From Myxococcota bacterium (GTDB lineage: Bacteria; Myxococcota_A; Polyangia; Nannocystales; Nannocystaceae): a stretch of DNA of 64,000 nt. The DNA lies in assembly GCA_039028615.1 (NCBI GenBank), contig JBCCHT010000032.1, forward strand, positions 32,001 to 96,000, in the 5' to 3' direction. The notes beneath the pieces are model-generated. The model was given only the letters and a program-made list of their open reading frames with translations. It made no database searches and was not told where the DNA came from. Shown in pieces: positions 39,791 through 49,223 of the stretch (its first letter is position 1; each line of letters opens with the position of its first letter). The position numbers and the translations under genes are program-made.

Positions 39791-42433
39791 CTACGGGAAC
39801 TGGGCCGTGTAGCGCTGGAGTCGAATGTTGCGGTCGGTGAACCCGACGTCGCCTTCGCTCCACACCCCGACGATCTCGTCCGCCCCGCGGATGGCCACGT
39901 CGGGCTCCTCCTGCAGACCGAAGACGGTGGGGTTGACGAGGAACTCGGTGTTGAAGGCCACACCCGCGTCGTCGTAGCGCTGGGCGAAGACCCCGGTGAG
40001 CACGCCGTCGTCGGCCGTCTGCCAGGCGATGACGAAGTCGCCGTCGGCGTTCACGGCCGCGGTCGGGTTGTTCTGGGCGCCTGCGGTGGTGGTGTTGACC
40101 CCGAACTCGTTGCCGAGCGGGACGCCCACCGCGTTGTAGCGACGGGCGAAGATCCCGGTGTTGCTGCCGTCCTGATCGTCGCTCGACCAGGTGACCACGT
40201 ACTCGCCGCCCGCGTTCATCCCGATGGCCGGGCCCTGCTGATCGAGGGTGTTGAACTGGTTGACCTGCTCTTCGACGTCGATGGGGACGCCGCCGGAGGT
40301 GAAGCGACGCATGAACACGCCGACGCCGTCGCCGTCCTGGTCACCGCCCGACTGCCACACCACGGTGAACTGGCCGCTGTCGGCGAGCTCGACCACGGGG
40401 AGGTTTTGGTTGTCGGAGGTCACCGAGTTGACCGTCTGCTCGCTGCCCGTGGGGACGCCCGCCGCGGAGAACTGGCGGCACACGATGTCGACGGTGGCTG
40501 GCTGCTCCTCCCAGCACACGACGAACTGACCGCCCGAGCCCATCGCGATGTCGGGCCGGCGTTGCTCGTTGTCCGGGGACTCGTTGACGACGATCTGGCT
40601 GCCGACGGGCGCGCCCCCGGTGTTGAAGCGCTGGGCGTAGATCCCGTTGCCGTCCGCGTCGGGGCCCTGCCAGGCGACCACGAACCCGGTGTCCTGCGCA
40701 TCGATGGCGGGGAAGGCCTGGTTGCCCGCGGTGGTCGCGTTGACGAGCACCTCGCCCGTGAGCAGCACGCCCGCCGCATCGTAGACGCGGAGGTAGACGC
40801 CCGCTCCGTCGCCGTCTTGTGGTGGATCGTTGACGGGGAAGCTCGCCCAGGTGGCGACCATATAGAGGCCGCTGGGCGGCGTGGCCACGGCCGGCTGCAC
40901 CTGGAAGTCGGGCAGCGTGGAGTTGACGAGGTACTCCGTGCCGACGGGGCAGGGCTGCGAGCACGGGCCCGCGCAGTCGATGCCGAGCTCGGTCCCGTTT
41001 TGTACGTCGTCTTCGCAGGTCGGAGCCTGGCAGACCCCGAGCACGCAGACGCCCTCGGTGCAGTCATTGCCCGTCAGGCAGTTCTCTCCGGGGACGCAGG
41101 TGGCTCCGCAGATGCCACCGCAATCGAGGTCGGTCTCGTCGCCGTTCTCCACGCCGTCGTCGCAGACCGGGGCATCGCATGTGCCTCCTGCACCGCAGAC
41201 GCCTTCGATGCAATCGCCACCGAGGTTGCAGTTCTCCCCGAACTCGCAGGTCGCACCGCACACGCCACCGCAGTCGAGGTCGGACTCGTCCCCGTTGGTG
41301 ACGCCGTCGCTGCAGTCGGGGGCGGAGCACTGGCCGAACTCGCAGACCGCCTCGACGCAATCGTTGGAGGAGTTGCAGTCCTGCCCCGGGTTGCAGGTGG
41401 CCCCGCAGACGCCACCGCAGTCGAGGTCGGACTCGTCGCCGTTCTCGACCCCGTCGTCGCAGAGCGGGCCGAGGCACATGCCCGCGTCGCAGACTCCGCT
41501 GCCGCAGTCGGTTCCGATGTCGCAGCTGCCACCGTCGGGGCAGGTGAAGCAGTCGGGACCGCCGCAGTCGACGTCGGTCTCGTCGCCGTTGAGGACCATG
41601 TCGATGCACGAGCCGGCGACGCAGGTTCCACCGTCGCAGACCCCCTGGGCGCAGTCGCTGCCGTCGGTGCAGGAGCTACCGTTGGGGCACACGTCGCACG
41701 AGCCACCGCAGTCGATGTCGGTCTCGTCGCCGTTGAGGGTCGTGTCGTCGCAGGCCGCCGAAGCGCAGAGCCCATCGGGGCCGCAGACCTGCGTGTCGCA
41801 GTCGGCTTCGGAGTCGCAGTTCTGGCCCGGCCCGCAGTTGGGACAGTCGGGCCCGCCGCAATCGACGTCGGACTCGAGGGTGTCCTGCATCTCGTTTTCG
41901 CAGGACGAGACCTGGCACTCGCCGTCGAGGCAGAACTCGCCTTCTTTGCAGTGGCCATCGACGCGGCAGCCCACCTGCCCGCACGCGTTGGGGCACGAGC
42001 CGCCGCAGTCGATGTCGTCTTCGTCTCCGTTTTGAAGTCCGTCGTAGCAGGTCGGTGTCTGGCAGAACCCACCGCTGCAGATCATCGTGTCGCAATCTTC
42101 GTTGGCACCGCACTGCCCACCGGGTCCGCACGGATCACAAGCGCCACCGCAATCGACGTCGGACTCGTCTTCGTCGAGCATTCCGTTTTCGCACGACGAC
42201 ACCTCGGCACCCGTCGAAGAGTCGGCGCCGCTGGTACTACTTCCACCTCCGGCGGTTCCACTGGACGCGCCTCCATCGAGACTCCCAATGCCCATCCCAC
42301 CATCGGCTGCAACGCCGCCATCATCTCCGCACGACAGCGTCGCCAAGGTAACCAGAAGTGGCGAATATCGGATTAGGTGGGCTCGTTTCACGTTGGTTAG
42401 GCCTGTCCAAGAATCAGGATTACGCACGATCAA
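39791..42433 (-). CDS. Cys-rich repeat exported protein (ETDVDCGG-type repeats) with C-terminal beta-propeller
   Basis: LSCG lipobox-like; ten 'C.D...NGDETD.DCGG.C..C..G..C...DC...C..G.C' repeats; 'E..VN....G.Q..P.IA....G.FVV.W' blades. Start approximate. Confidence 0.85.
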   Translation of the reverse strand: MIVRNPDSWTGLTNVKRAHLIRYSPLLVTLATLSCGDDGGVAADGGMGIGSLDGGASSGTAGGGSSTSGADSSTGAEVSSCENGMLDEDESDVDCGGACDPCGPGGQCGANEDCDTMICSGGFCQTPTCYDGLQNGDEDDIDCGGSCPNACGQVGCRVDGHCKEGEFCLDGECQVSSCENEMQDTLESDVDCGGPDCPNCGPGQNCDSEADCDTQVCGPDGLCASAACDDTTLNGDETDIDCGGSCDVCPNGSSCTDGSDCAQGVCDGGTCVAGSCIDMVLNGDETDVDCGGPDCFTCPDGGSCDIGTDCGSGVCDAGMCLGPLCDDGVENGDESDLDCGGVCGATCNPGQDCNSSNDCVEAVCEFGQCSAPDCSDGVTNGDESDLDCGGVCGATCEFGENCNLGGDCIEGVCGAGGTCDAPVCDDGVENGDETDLDCGGICGATCVPGENCLTGNDCTEGVCVLGVCQAPTCEDDVQNGTELGIDCAGPCSQPCPVGTEYLVNSTLPDFQVQPAVATPPSGLYMVATWASFPVNDPPQDGDGAGVYLRVYDAAGVLLTGEVLVNATTAGNQAFPAIDAQDTGFVVAWQGPDADGNGIYAQRFNTGGAPVGSQIVVNESPDNEQRRPDIAMGSGGQFVVCWEEQPATVDIVCRQFSAAGVPTGSEQTVNSVTSDNQNLPVVELADSGQFTVVWQSGGDQDGDGVGVFMRRFTSGGVPIDVEEQVNQFNTLDQQGPAIGMNAGGEYVVTWSSDDQDGSNTGIFARRYNAVGVPLGNEFGVNTTTAGAQNNPTAAVNADGDFVIAWQTADDGVLTGVFAQRYDDAGVAFNTEFLVNPTVFGLQEEPDVAIRGADEIVGVWSEGDVGFTDRNIRLQRYTAQFP

Positions 42434-42693
42434 TCACCATTTCAGGGCACTTTTCAGCGGAACGCTCGAGGAGGTTTGTTCTCGAACAGCGCGTTGCTCG
42501 CTTTGGATCTTCAGTTCGTTAGTCTTCAGCTCGAACCAGTTCTCCGATTGCTAGCCCCTCCGCAGGAACCTTGCTCGTCAACGATATCAGCTATCAAACG
42601 TGAGTGCTTTACGGATGGAAGATAGTTGGCATTTCGGGTATGAGGAAAACTGGAATCTTTATGACGGCTGTAAGACGGAAGGAAGGCCGCACC

Positions 42694-44964
42694 ATGAGCC
42701 GCTACGAGCTTGGTCTACTAGGGACCGTACTCATCGCCGCATCGGGGGGTGCGTGCGGTGGAGACGATACCGTTGCAATGTCTGCCTCGGCGGGAATGGG
42801 ATCAGGGGGTTCCCTGACGACGACGGCAACTGCAGCAACGGCAGCGAGCACCAGCGGAGGTGTTGGCGAAGCAACCGGAGACGACGGTGTCGGCTCGGGC
42901 AATGGCAATGAGGGTAGTGACAATGGCACTCCCGATGGCACCGGTAACGACACCACGGGTGGCACGTCCATGGGAGTCTCTGCATCGGCCACCGATGGCA
43001 CGGCAGACGACCAGGGCGATGGCATGGACACCGGATCCGACGATGGTGGACCGGGGCCCGTTCCGGGTCGCTTCCCCGGTGTCGAAGTAGGTTTGTGTGC
43101 TCCTCCGGGAACAGTGCGTTATTGCTACACAGGCTCCCCGCTCACGTACAACGTGGGCGAGTGTACTCCCGGAACCCAACAGTGTTTGGCGCTCGACCTC
43201 GATGTGGGTGAGTGGGGTGAGTGCGAAGGTGAGACATTGCCCGAGATGGAGGTCTGCGATGGCCTCGACAACGACTGCAATGGTGAGATCGACGATGGCC
43301 TCGGCACCACGATGTGCGGAATTGGGCCATGTGAACACGAGGTCGCCAATTGTGTGAATGGGGAGGAGCAGGTCTGCGATCCGCTCGATGGCGCGACGCC
43401 CGAGATCTGCGACCTTCAAGACAACGACTGTGACGGCGACATCGACGAAGGGCTCGGAGACGAGACCATCACCTGCGGTGTCGGTCAGTGTGAGCACGAG
43501 GTCTCCGCGTGCGAGGGCGGTATCGTGCCTCCCTGCGATCCCTTCGAAGGGGCATCGCCCGAGACCTGCGACGACGTCGACAACGACTGCGATGGAGCGA
43601 CCGACGAGGGGTTGCCCGACATCACGTGTGGGTGTGGCGTCTGCGACCACACCATCCCTTCGTGCATCAACGGGTTCCCTCAGGTCTGCGATCCCTTCGA
43701 GGGGGCGGGCCCCGAGGTCTGCGACGGGCTCGACAACGACTGCGACTGCATCGAGGACGAGGACCAGGGCAACTGGACCTGCGGCGAGAACGAGTGCGAG
43801 GTCACCGTGCCGCAGTGCATCGCGGGCGTGCCTCAGCCCGAGGACACCTGCGCGCCGATTCCGGGCGGCGACGAGATCTGCGGCGACGGCATCGACAACA
43901 ACTGCGACGGTGTCGCGCCGCCGTGCGCCGAGGGCTTCCTCGTCGGCACCGACACCGCGACCCGCCCGGTCGACGTGATCTGGGTGGTCGACTCCTCGGG
44001 CTCGATGGCGGCCGAGATGGCGACCGTCGAGGCGGAGATCAACTCGTTCGCCAACGACCTGGCGGCCTCGGGTTCGTCGACGCAGCTCCACCTCATCGCC
44101 GACCGTGGCCTCGAGAACTTCGAGATCTGCGTCGCGCCGCCGCTGGGCGGAGCCAACTGCACGGACAACCCGGGGGCGGGCTTTTGGCACTACGACACCA
44201 ACGGCGACGTCAACGGCAACGAGATGGTGCACTCGAGCAACGGCATCGGGCGGACCATGCAGCAGGCGTCCACGTGGATTCCGCGGCTGCAGCCCAACTC
44301 GTACATGGCGTTCATCTTCACCAGCGACGACAACGGGGACGACCCCGACTGGGAGATCGCCGACGGTGACCCCTCGGACGTCGACGACTGCGGTCCGGGC
44401 TTCATCTTCGACGGCACGGTCAACAACCTGTGCCGCTGGGTCGCCCCCGGCCCGCTCGACTACACCTCGCTCGCGTTCGACCACGCCGGCTACGGTGGCT
44501 TCGAGACGTTCATGAACAACTTCTTCCCGGGCACTACGCCCGAGGCGGACTGGGGCGTGTTCCCCATCATCGGCAACACCGGCACCACCGTGCTGTCGGG
44601 CGCCGACGACATGTACGAGTTCAACTCCTGCATCACCGGAGTCGAGGACGGCGAGGAGTACGTCAAGCTCGCACAGCTGACCAACACGCTGCCCTCGATG
44701 TTCTCGATCTGTGACGCACCTTGGGACCTCAGTGGGTTGGCCACCGACATCCTCAGCGGCGTGCCCAACGACCTGTACATCCTGGAAGGAGTCCCCGCTG
44801 GAAACTGCCTGATGATCGATCCCGCGACGATCACCGTGATCGTCAACGGTATCCCAATGCCGGCCGCCGACTGGACTTACGACGCGGCGAGTTGCACCCT
44901 TCAGATTCTCAACAACGTCCCCGTCATCGGTGACAATGTCGTCATCGTCTACGAGAACTTTTAA
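42694..44964 (+). CDS. Lipoprotein with Cys/Asp metal-binding (MopE-related) repeats and a vWA domain
   Basis: AAGGAAGG RBS; GGAC lipobox; five 'E.CDG.DNDC.G..D' repeats; MIDAS-like VDVIWVVDSSGSM. Confidence 0.85.
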   Translation: MSRYELGLLGTVLIAASGGACGGDDTVAMSASAGMGSGGSLTTTATAATAASTSGGVGEATGDDGVGSGNGNEGSDNGTPDGTGNDTTGGTSMGVSASATDGTADDQGDGMDTGSDDGGPGPVPGRFPGVEVGLCAPPGTVRYCYTGSPLTYNVGECTPGTQQCLALDLDVGEWGECEGETLPEMEVCDGLDNDCNGEIDDGLGTTMCGIGPCEHEVANCVNGEEQVCDPLDGATPEICDLQDNDCDGDIDEGLGDETITCGVGQCEHEVSACEGGIVPPCDPFEGASPETCDDVDNDCDGATDEGLPDITCGCGVCDHTIPSCINGFPQVCDPFEGAGPEVCDGLDNDCDCIEDEDQGNWTCGENECEVTVPQCIAGVPQPEDTCAPIPGGDEICGDGIDNNCDGVAPPCAEGFLVGTDTATRPVDVIWVVDSSGSMAAEMATVEAEINSFANDLAASGSSTQLHLIADRGLENFEICVAPPLGGANCTDNPGAGFWHYDTNGDVNGNEMVHSSNGIGRTMQQASTWIPRLQPNSYMAFIFTSDDNGDDPDWEIADGDPSDVDDCGPGFIFDGTVNNLCRWVAPGPLDYTSLAFDHAGYGGFETFMNNFFPGTTPEADWGVFPIIGNTGTTVLSGADDMYEFNSCITGVEDGEEYVKLAQLTNTLPSMFSICDAPWDLSGLATDILSGVPNDLYILEGVPAGNCLMIDPATITVIVNGIPMPAADWTYDAASCTLQILNNVPVIGDNVVIVYENF

Positions 44965-46035
44965 ATGAGTATCAGCGTTCAGACCCCACGTTCCTTTGGA
45001 TTCGTCTTGGCTGTCGTTGCTGCGGCGGGCTTCATGGCCTGCGGAGGAGGAGGCCAATCCGATGATGGCTCCTCGGATGGAGGCATCGATCTCACGGCAG
45101 GCACGGGCGGCTCCACCACCGGAGAACCCGACGACAGCCTCGACGATGGTGCCGACGACACGACCGGCGGGACCGAAGAAGGCCCGACCTTCCGCTGCGA
45201 CAGCGTCGACTTCGTTTTCGTCGTCGACAACTCGCCGAGCATGCTCGACGAACAGCAGTTCTTGGTGCAGGGCGTGCCCGGCTTCATCAGCGCGATGCAG
45301 AACGCATTGCCCAGCGTCGAGAGCCTCCGCGTCGGGGTGATCGACACCGACAGCTATCCCGGCTTGGGCACGCTCGAGGCTCCGCTCGATGGGTGCGACC
45401 CCGAGGCCGTCGACGACTGCAACGTCTGCGACTACCAGCTCGGGGCCTTCCTCACCAAGCCCGAGAGCGCGGTCGACTCGTCGCAGACCTGCGACTTCTC
45501 GACCGGGGCCAGCTACATGGACGGCACGGCCGAGACCTTCGCCAACGAGTTCGGCTGCGCCGCCATCGTGGGCGCGGTGGGCAATCCCATCGAGCAGCAA
45601 GCGGGCGCTCTGGTGGCCGCGGTCTCCGACGACCTGACGGACGCCGGGGCGTGCAATGAAGGCTTCGTTCGCGACGAGGCTCTGCTCGTGTTCCTCGTCA
45701 TCAGCGACGAAGAGGACAACTACGCGTCGCCGCCCGATCCACAGGGCGGTAGCTTCGGCGAGCCTGCCGACTGGTACGACGCACTGGTGGCCGCCAAGAA
45801 CGGGCGCGAGGCGAACGTCGTCGGTCTCGGCCTGCTCGGCGGGTCTCCCCGCTTCCCCGACTGCTCCGACTTGTCGCAGGGCGTCGACGGGGCCGAGCAG
45901 TCGTCGCGCTTGGTCGACTTCGTGGAGCGCTTCCCCACCAACTTCGTGGGCAGCGTGTGCAGCGATGGCTACGGCGGCTTCTTCCAGGAGGCGCTCGACC
46001 GCGTCGCCGAGGGCTGCGCCAACTTCATCCCGTAG
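44965..46035 (+). CDS. vWA-domain Cys-rich lipoprotein
   Basis: FMAC lipobox; DFVFVVDNSPSM (MIDAS-like); GFVRDEALLVFLVISDEED; ATG directly after the upstream TAA. Confidence 0.82.
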   Translation: MSISVQTPRSFGFVLAVVAAAGFMACGGGGQSDDGSSDGGIDLTAGTGGSTTGEPDDSLDDGADDTTGGTEEGPTFRCDSVDFVFVVDNSPSMLDEQQFLVQGVPGFISAMQNALPSVESLRVGVIDTDSYPGLGTLEAPLDGCDPEAVDDCNVCDYQLGAFLTKPESAVDSSQTCDFSTGASYMDGTAETFANEFGCAAIVGAVGNPIEQQAGALVAAVSDDLTDAGACNEGFVRDEALLVFLVISDEEDNYASPPDPQGGSFGEPADWYDALVAAKNGREANVVGLGLLGGSPRFPDCSDLSQGVDGAEQSSRLVDFVERFPTNFVGSVCSDGYGGFFQEALDRVAEGCANFIP

Positions 46036-46115
46036 CACGGGTCACTTCGTCGCCCCGGGCTCGCCCGATGCTCCGCGCGTCGTGTGACCCGGGGCTGCGC
46101 TATGGTTCGTCGCGC

Positions 46116-47333
46116 GTGTCGGACCCGGTCACCGATCCCTTCTCCGCTGGTCGACTCGGTCCGATCACGCTGCGCAACCGCTTCATCAAGTCGGCGACCT
46201 ACGAGGGCATGAGCCCGGGTGGGGTGGCTTCGGAGGCGCTGGTGGAGCATCACCGTCGGTTGGCCGAGGGCGGGGTGGGGATGACGACGGTGGCCTACGC
46301 CGCGGTGCATCCCGACGGGCGGACCTTCGACGATCAGCTCGGCATGGTCCCCGAAGGGATCCCGGCGCTGCGGGCCCTGACCGACGCGGTGCACGAGGCG
46401 GGCGCCGCGGCGGCGGTGCAGCTGGGCCACTGCGGGTTCTTTAGCAAGCTGCGGCCGGCCGACGGCGGCCGCCCGCGCGGTCCCTCGCCCACCTTCAACA
46501 AGTACGGCGCCGCGTCGGGGTTGCCGTGGGCCCGGGCGATGACCGAGGCGGAGATCGAGGCCATCCCCGGGCAGTTCGTGGCGGCGGCCCAGGTCGCGGC
46601 AGAGGCGGGCTTCGATGCGGTGGAGCTGCACCTCGGGCACGGCTATCTGCTCAGCCAGTTCCTGAGCCCGGCCACCAACCGTCGTCGCGATGCGTGGGGG
46701 GGAAGCCCGTCGGCGCGGATGCGGCTGCCGCTGGAGGTCGTGCGGGCGGTGCGAGAGGCAGTGGGCGACTCGCTGGCGGTGACCGCCAAGCTCAACGTGG
46801 AGGATGGCTTTGCCGGAGGAGCGACGGTCGAAGACGCCTGTGCCCTCGCCGAGCAACTCGACGCGGCGGGGATCGATGGCCTCACCACCAGCGGCGGCTC
46901 GACCAGTCGCAACCCGTTGTTTCTGATGCGAGGGCAACGACCGCTGGCTGCGATGGTGGCGGTGGAGCGAAGCCGACTGCAGCGGGTCGCGCTGCGGCTG
47001 CTGGGGCCGGCCGTGCTGCGACGCTACCCCTTCGAGGAGACCTTCTTTCGGGCGCCGGGTCAGCAGCTGCTGGCGAGGGTGGAGTGCCCGGTGATCTTGC
47101 TCGGCGGGGTGGTCTCGCGGGCCAACGTGCAGCAGGCCATGGCCGACGGGTTCTCGTTCGTGCAGATGGGGCGCGCGTTGCTGGCCGATCCCGACCTCGT
47201 GCAGCGGTTCGAGCGAGGCGAGGCCGAGCGCACGCGCTGCACCGCGTGCAACCAATGCGTGGCCGCGATGGACGACGGCGGCGTGCGCTGTGTCCTGGAC
47301 GACCCCGAAGGCCGATTCCAAAAACGGACCTGA
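46116..47333 (+). CDS. NADH:flavin oxidoreductase / Old Yellow Enzyme family
   Basis: LRNRFIKSATYE, QLGHCG, AGFDAVELHLGHGYLLSQFLSP..NRR.D.WGG, GRALLADP, C..CN.C. Start approximate. Confidence 0.93.
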   Translation: MSDPVTDPFSAGRLGPITLRNRFIKSATYEGMSPGGVASEALVEHHRRLAEGGVGMTTVAYAAVHPDGRTFDDQLGMVPEGIPALRALTDAVHEAGAAAAVQLGHCGFFSKLRPADGGRPRGPSPTFNKYGAASGLPWARAMTEAEIEAIPGQFVAAAQVAAEAGFDAVELHLGHGYLLSQFLSPATNRRRDAWGGSPSARMRLPLEVVRAVREAVGDSLAVTAKLNVEDGFAGGATVEDACALAEQLDAAGIDGLTTSGGSTSRNPLFLMRGQRPLAAMVAVERSRLQRVALRLLGPAVLRRYPFEETFFRAPGQQLLARVECPVILLGGVVSRANVQQAMADGFSFVQMGRALLADPDLVQRFERGEAERTRCTACNQCVAAMDDGGVRCVLDDPEGRFQKRT

Positions 47334-47397
47334 GGCCGAAATGCGCCCAGACTGGCGCGCGGTGGGGTTTCTGGCAAGATGCATCGACGCGAACGCG

Positions 47398-47949
47398 ATG
47401 GAACTCGAAGCCCACATCACGGTGGCCTCGTTGCAGGGGCTCGATGCCGCGGCCGATGAACTCGGCCTTCGCGTCATCGACATCGTGCTCGATCGGGGCG
47501 CACACGTCAGCCAGCCGATGGTGACCTGGTCCGGGTCGACGAGTGTCGAAGGGGCACTCGAACGACTCTCCGAGATCCGCGAGCGACTGAGGGAGGCCGG
47601 GCACGAGGTCCTGCGTACGAAGCTCGAGGCACCGCCCGAAGAGCCCACGGAGCTTTATCTCGAGCAACACGTCAAGCTGCGGATCCCCGACGGGGTCGCG
47701 CTCGAGGGCCTGGCGCAGCTCGGCCGGTCGCACGGTGCCAATCTGTCCCGCAACGCTCGTCGTCGCGGTGATGGCTTCAGCTGGCGTTTCCTGACGCAGC
47801 GGCACCTGGGGCCCTGGTCGCACGCCCGCGCACCCTTCGACGCGCTGGTCGACGCGTTGCGAGCCGCGGGCTGGGCCGTCGACGCGCTGGAGCGCGAGGC
47901 GGTGTTGCTCGATACGGCCATCGAACTGGACGCGGGGTGGTTGTCATGA
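47398..47949 (+). CDS. Hypothetical protein coupled to the AbiEii-like gene
   Basis: ELEAHITV..YLEQHVKL..LSRNARR..RFLTQR..EREAVLLD..LDAGWL; ATGA overlap with the next gene. Confidence 0.7.
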   Translation: MELEAHITVASLQGLDAAADELGLRVIDIVLDRGAHVSQPMVTWSGSTSVEGALERLSEIRERLREAGHEVLRTKLEAPPEEPTELYLEQHVKLRIPDGVALEGLAQLGRSHGANLSRNARRRGDGFSWRFLTQRHLGPWSHARAPFDALVDALRAAGWAVDALEREAVLLDTAIELDAGWLS

Positions 47950-48944
47950 CGCTCGATGTCTTCAAGCAGTGTTTCGAATCTCGTTCCTTCCTGCCGGAAC
48001 TTCAGACGGGAGACCGCGATCAGGTCCACCTGTCCTTCGATCCCCCACGGGAGGCGGATACTCCAAAGACGGCGGGGCCGCCTCCGGGCGAGTCTTGGGA
48101 CGCGGGGCGTCTCCAGTTCGACCCCGCGATGAAGCACTTCATGAACGGCTGGCGCAGCGAGGCGCCCGAGCTCGACGAACCGGCCCGCACCCAGTGGCGC
48201 CGTGCTCACGGCGAGTTCATGGCCCATGTGCTGCAGCGGGTCGCAACCTCCCCGCTCTGCGAATCGCTCGTATTGCGGGGGAGCTCGGCGATGCCGTTTT
48301 GGGTGGGGAACCTGGCGCGGGAGCCCAAAGACATCGACTTCGTGGTGGTACCACCGTCGGTCGACATCCGTTCCGCGGAGGCAGGGCGCATTCGCGAACG
48401 CTTGCGCGAGCAGGTGGAGCAGCAGGCTCCCTCCGGGATCACGGTGATGTCCGATGCCACCGCCTTGTCGGAGATCTGGACCTACGATCGCGTGCCCGGG
48501 GAGCGGCTGGTCTTCACGTGGCGCTGCGGGGACTTTCCCTGGGCGCATACCCAGATCGATCTCGTCTACCGAGAGCAGCTCCCCGAGCCGCCGCGGCGAT
48601 TGCCCGAGCTGGGGGTGCTCGCGGCCGGGCCGGAGCTGTCGCTGGCGTGGAAGATTCTATGGCTCTGGGGCGACATGCACCCTCGAGCCAAGGATCTCTA
48701 CGACGCGATGGTGTTGGCCGAACGCTACTCGCTCAGCGAGGAACTCTTGCGACGGGTCTTCGGCGACGAAATCCGAGCCCGCAGGTTCTTGGACCTGACC
48801 AAGATCGACAACGATCAGCTGGAATGGGTCGGGATGCAGCAACGCTCACCCTGGACCGATTCGAGCAGGGCGCTCGCACGTAGCTGGTGGGAACGCCTGC
48901 GCGCGGCGGCCCCGCGCTTGGCCGACCCCACGCCTCTGAAGTGA
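47946..48944 (+). CDS. AbiEii/AbiGii-family nucleotidyltransferase
   Basis: LVLRGS, REPKDIDF (G-S...DxD), LAWK, RAKDLYD. Confidence 0.85.
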   Translation: MTLDVFKQCFESRSFLPELQTGDRDQVHLSFDPPREADTPKTAGPPPGESWDAGRLQFDPAMKHFMNGWRSEAPELDEPARTQWRRAHGEFMAHVLQRVATSPLCESLVLRGSSAMPFWVGNLAREPKDIDFVVVPPSVDIRSAEAGRIRERLREQVEQQAPSGITVMSDATALSEIWTYDRVPGERLVFTWRCGDFPWAHTQIDLVYREQLPEPPRRLPELGVLAAGPELSLAWKILWLWGDMHPRAKDLYDAMVLAERYSLSEELLRRVFGDEIRARRFLDLTKIDNDQLEWVGMQQRSPWTDSSRALARSWWERLRAAAPRLADPTPLK

Positions 48945-49203
48945 AACTCGCTTCTACGCGGTCGGACAGGAGTCGGCCGAGGGCGAAGTCCTCTGGCAGA
49001 CCGGACACGACTTCGACGGGGAAGGCGCCGAGATCCAGTCGGTGACCATCGCCCCGGACGGTTCCATCGTGGCAGGCGGGACCGTCCCCTCGCGCCGCGG
49101 GCTCGGTTCGGAGTGCGGACGGGTGAAGTCACTTGTGGTTCGCCGGATGCGCCGAGTCGAACGGTCGACCGCGTGCAGCGGAGGCGCCAGAATGCTCGGG
49201 TGA
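48940..49203 (+). pseudogene. Start-less remnant encoding about one beta-propeller blade
   Basis: Stop-to-stop frame translates RFYAVGQESAEGEVLWQTGHDFDGEGAEIQSVTIAPDGSIVAGGTV, with strong GC3 codon bias. Confidence 0.45.
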
Positions 49204-49223
49204 CGGGGACGCCCTCCGGTCCG

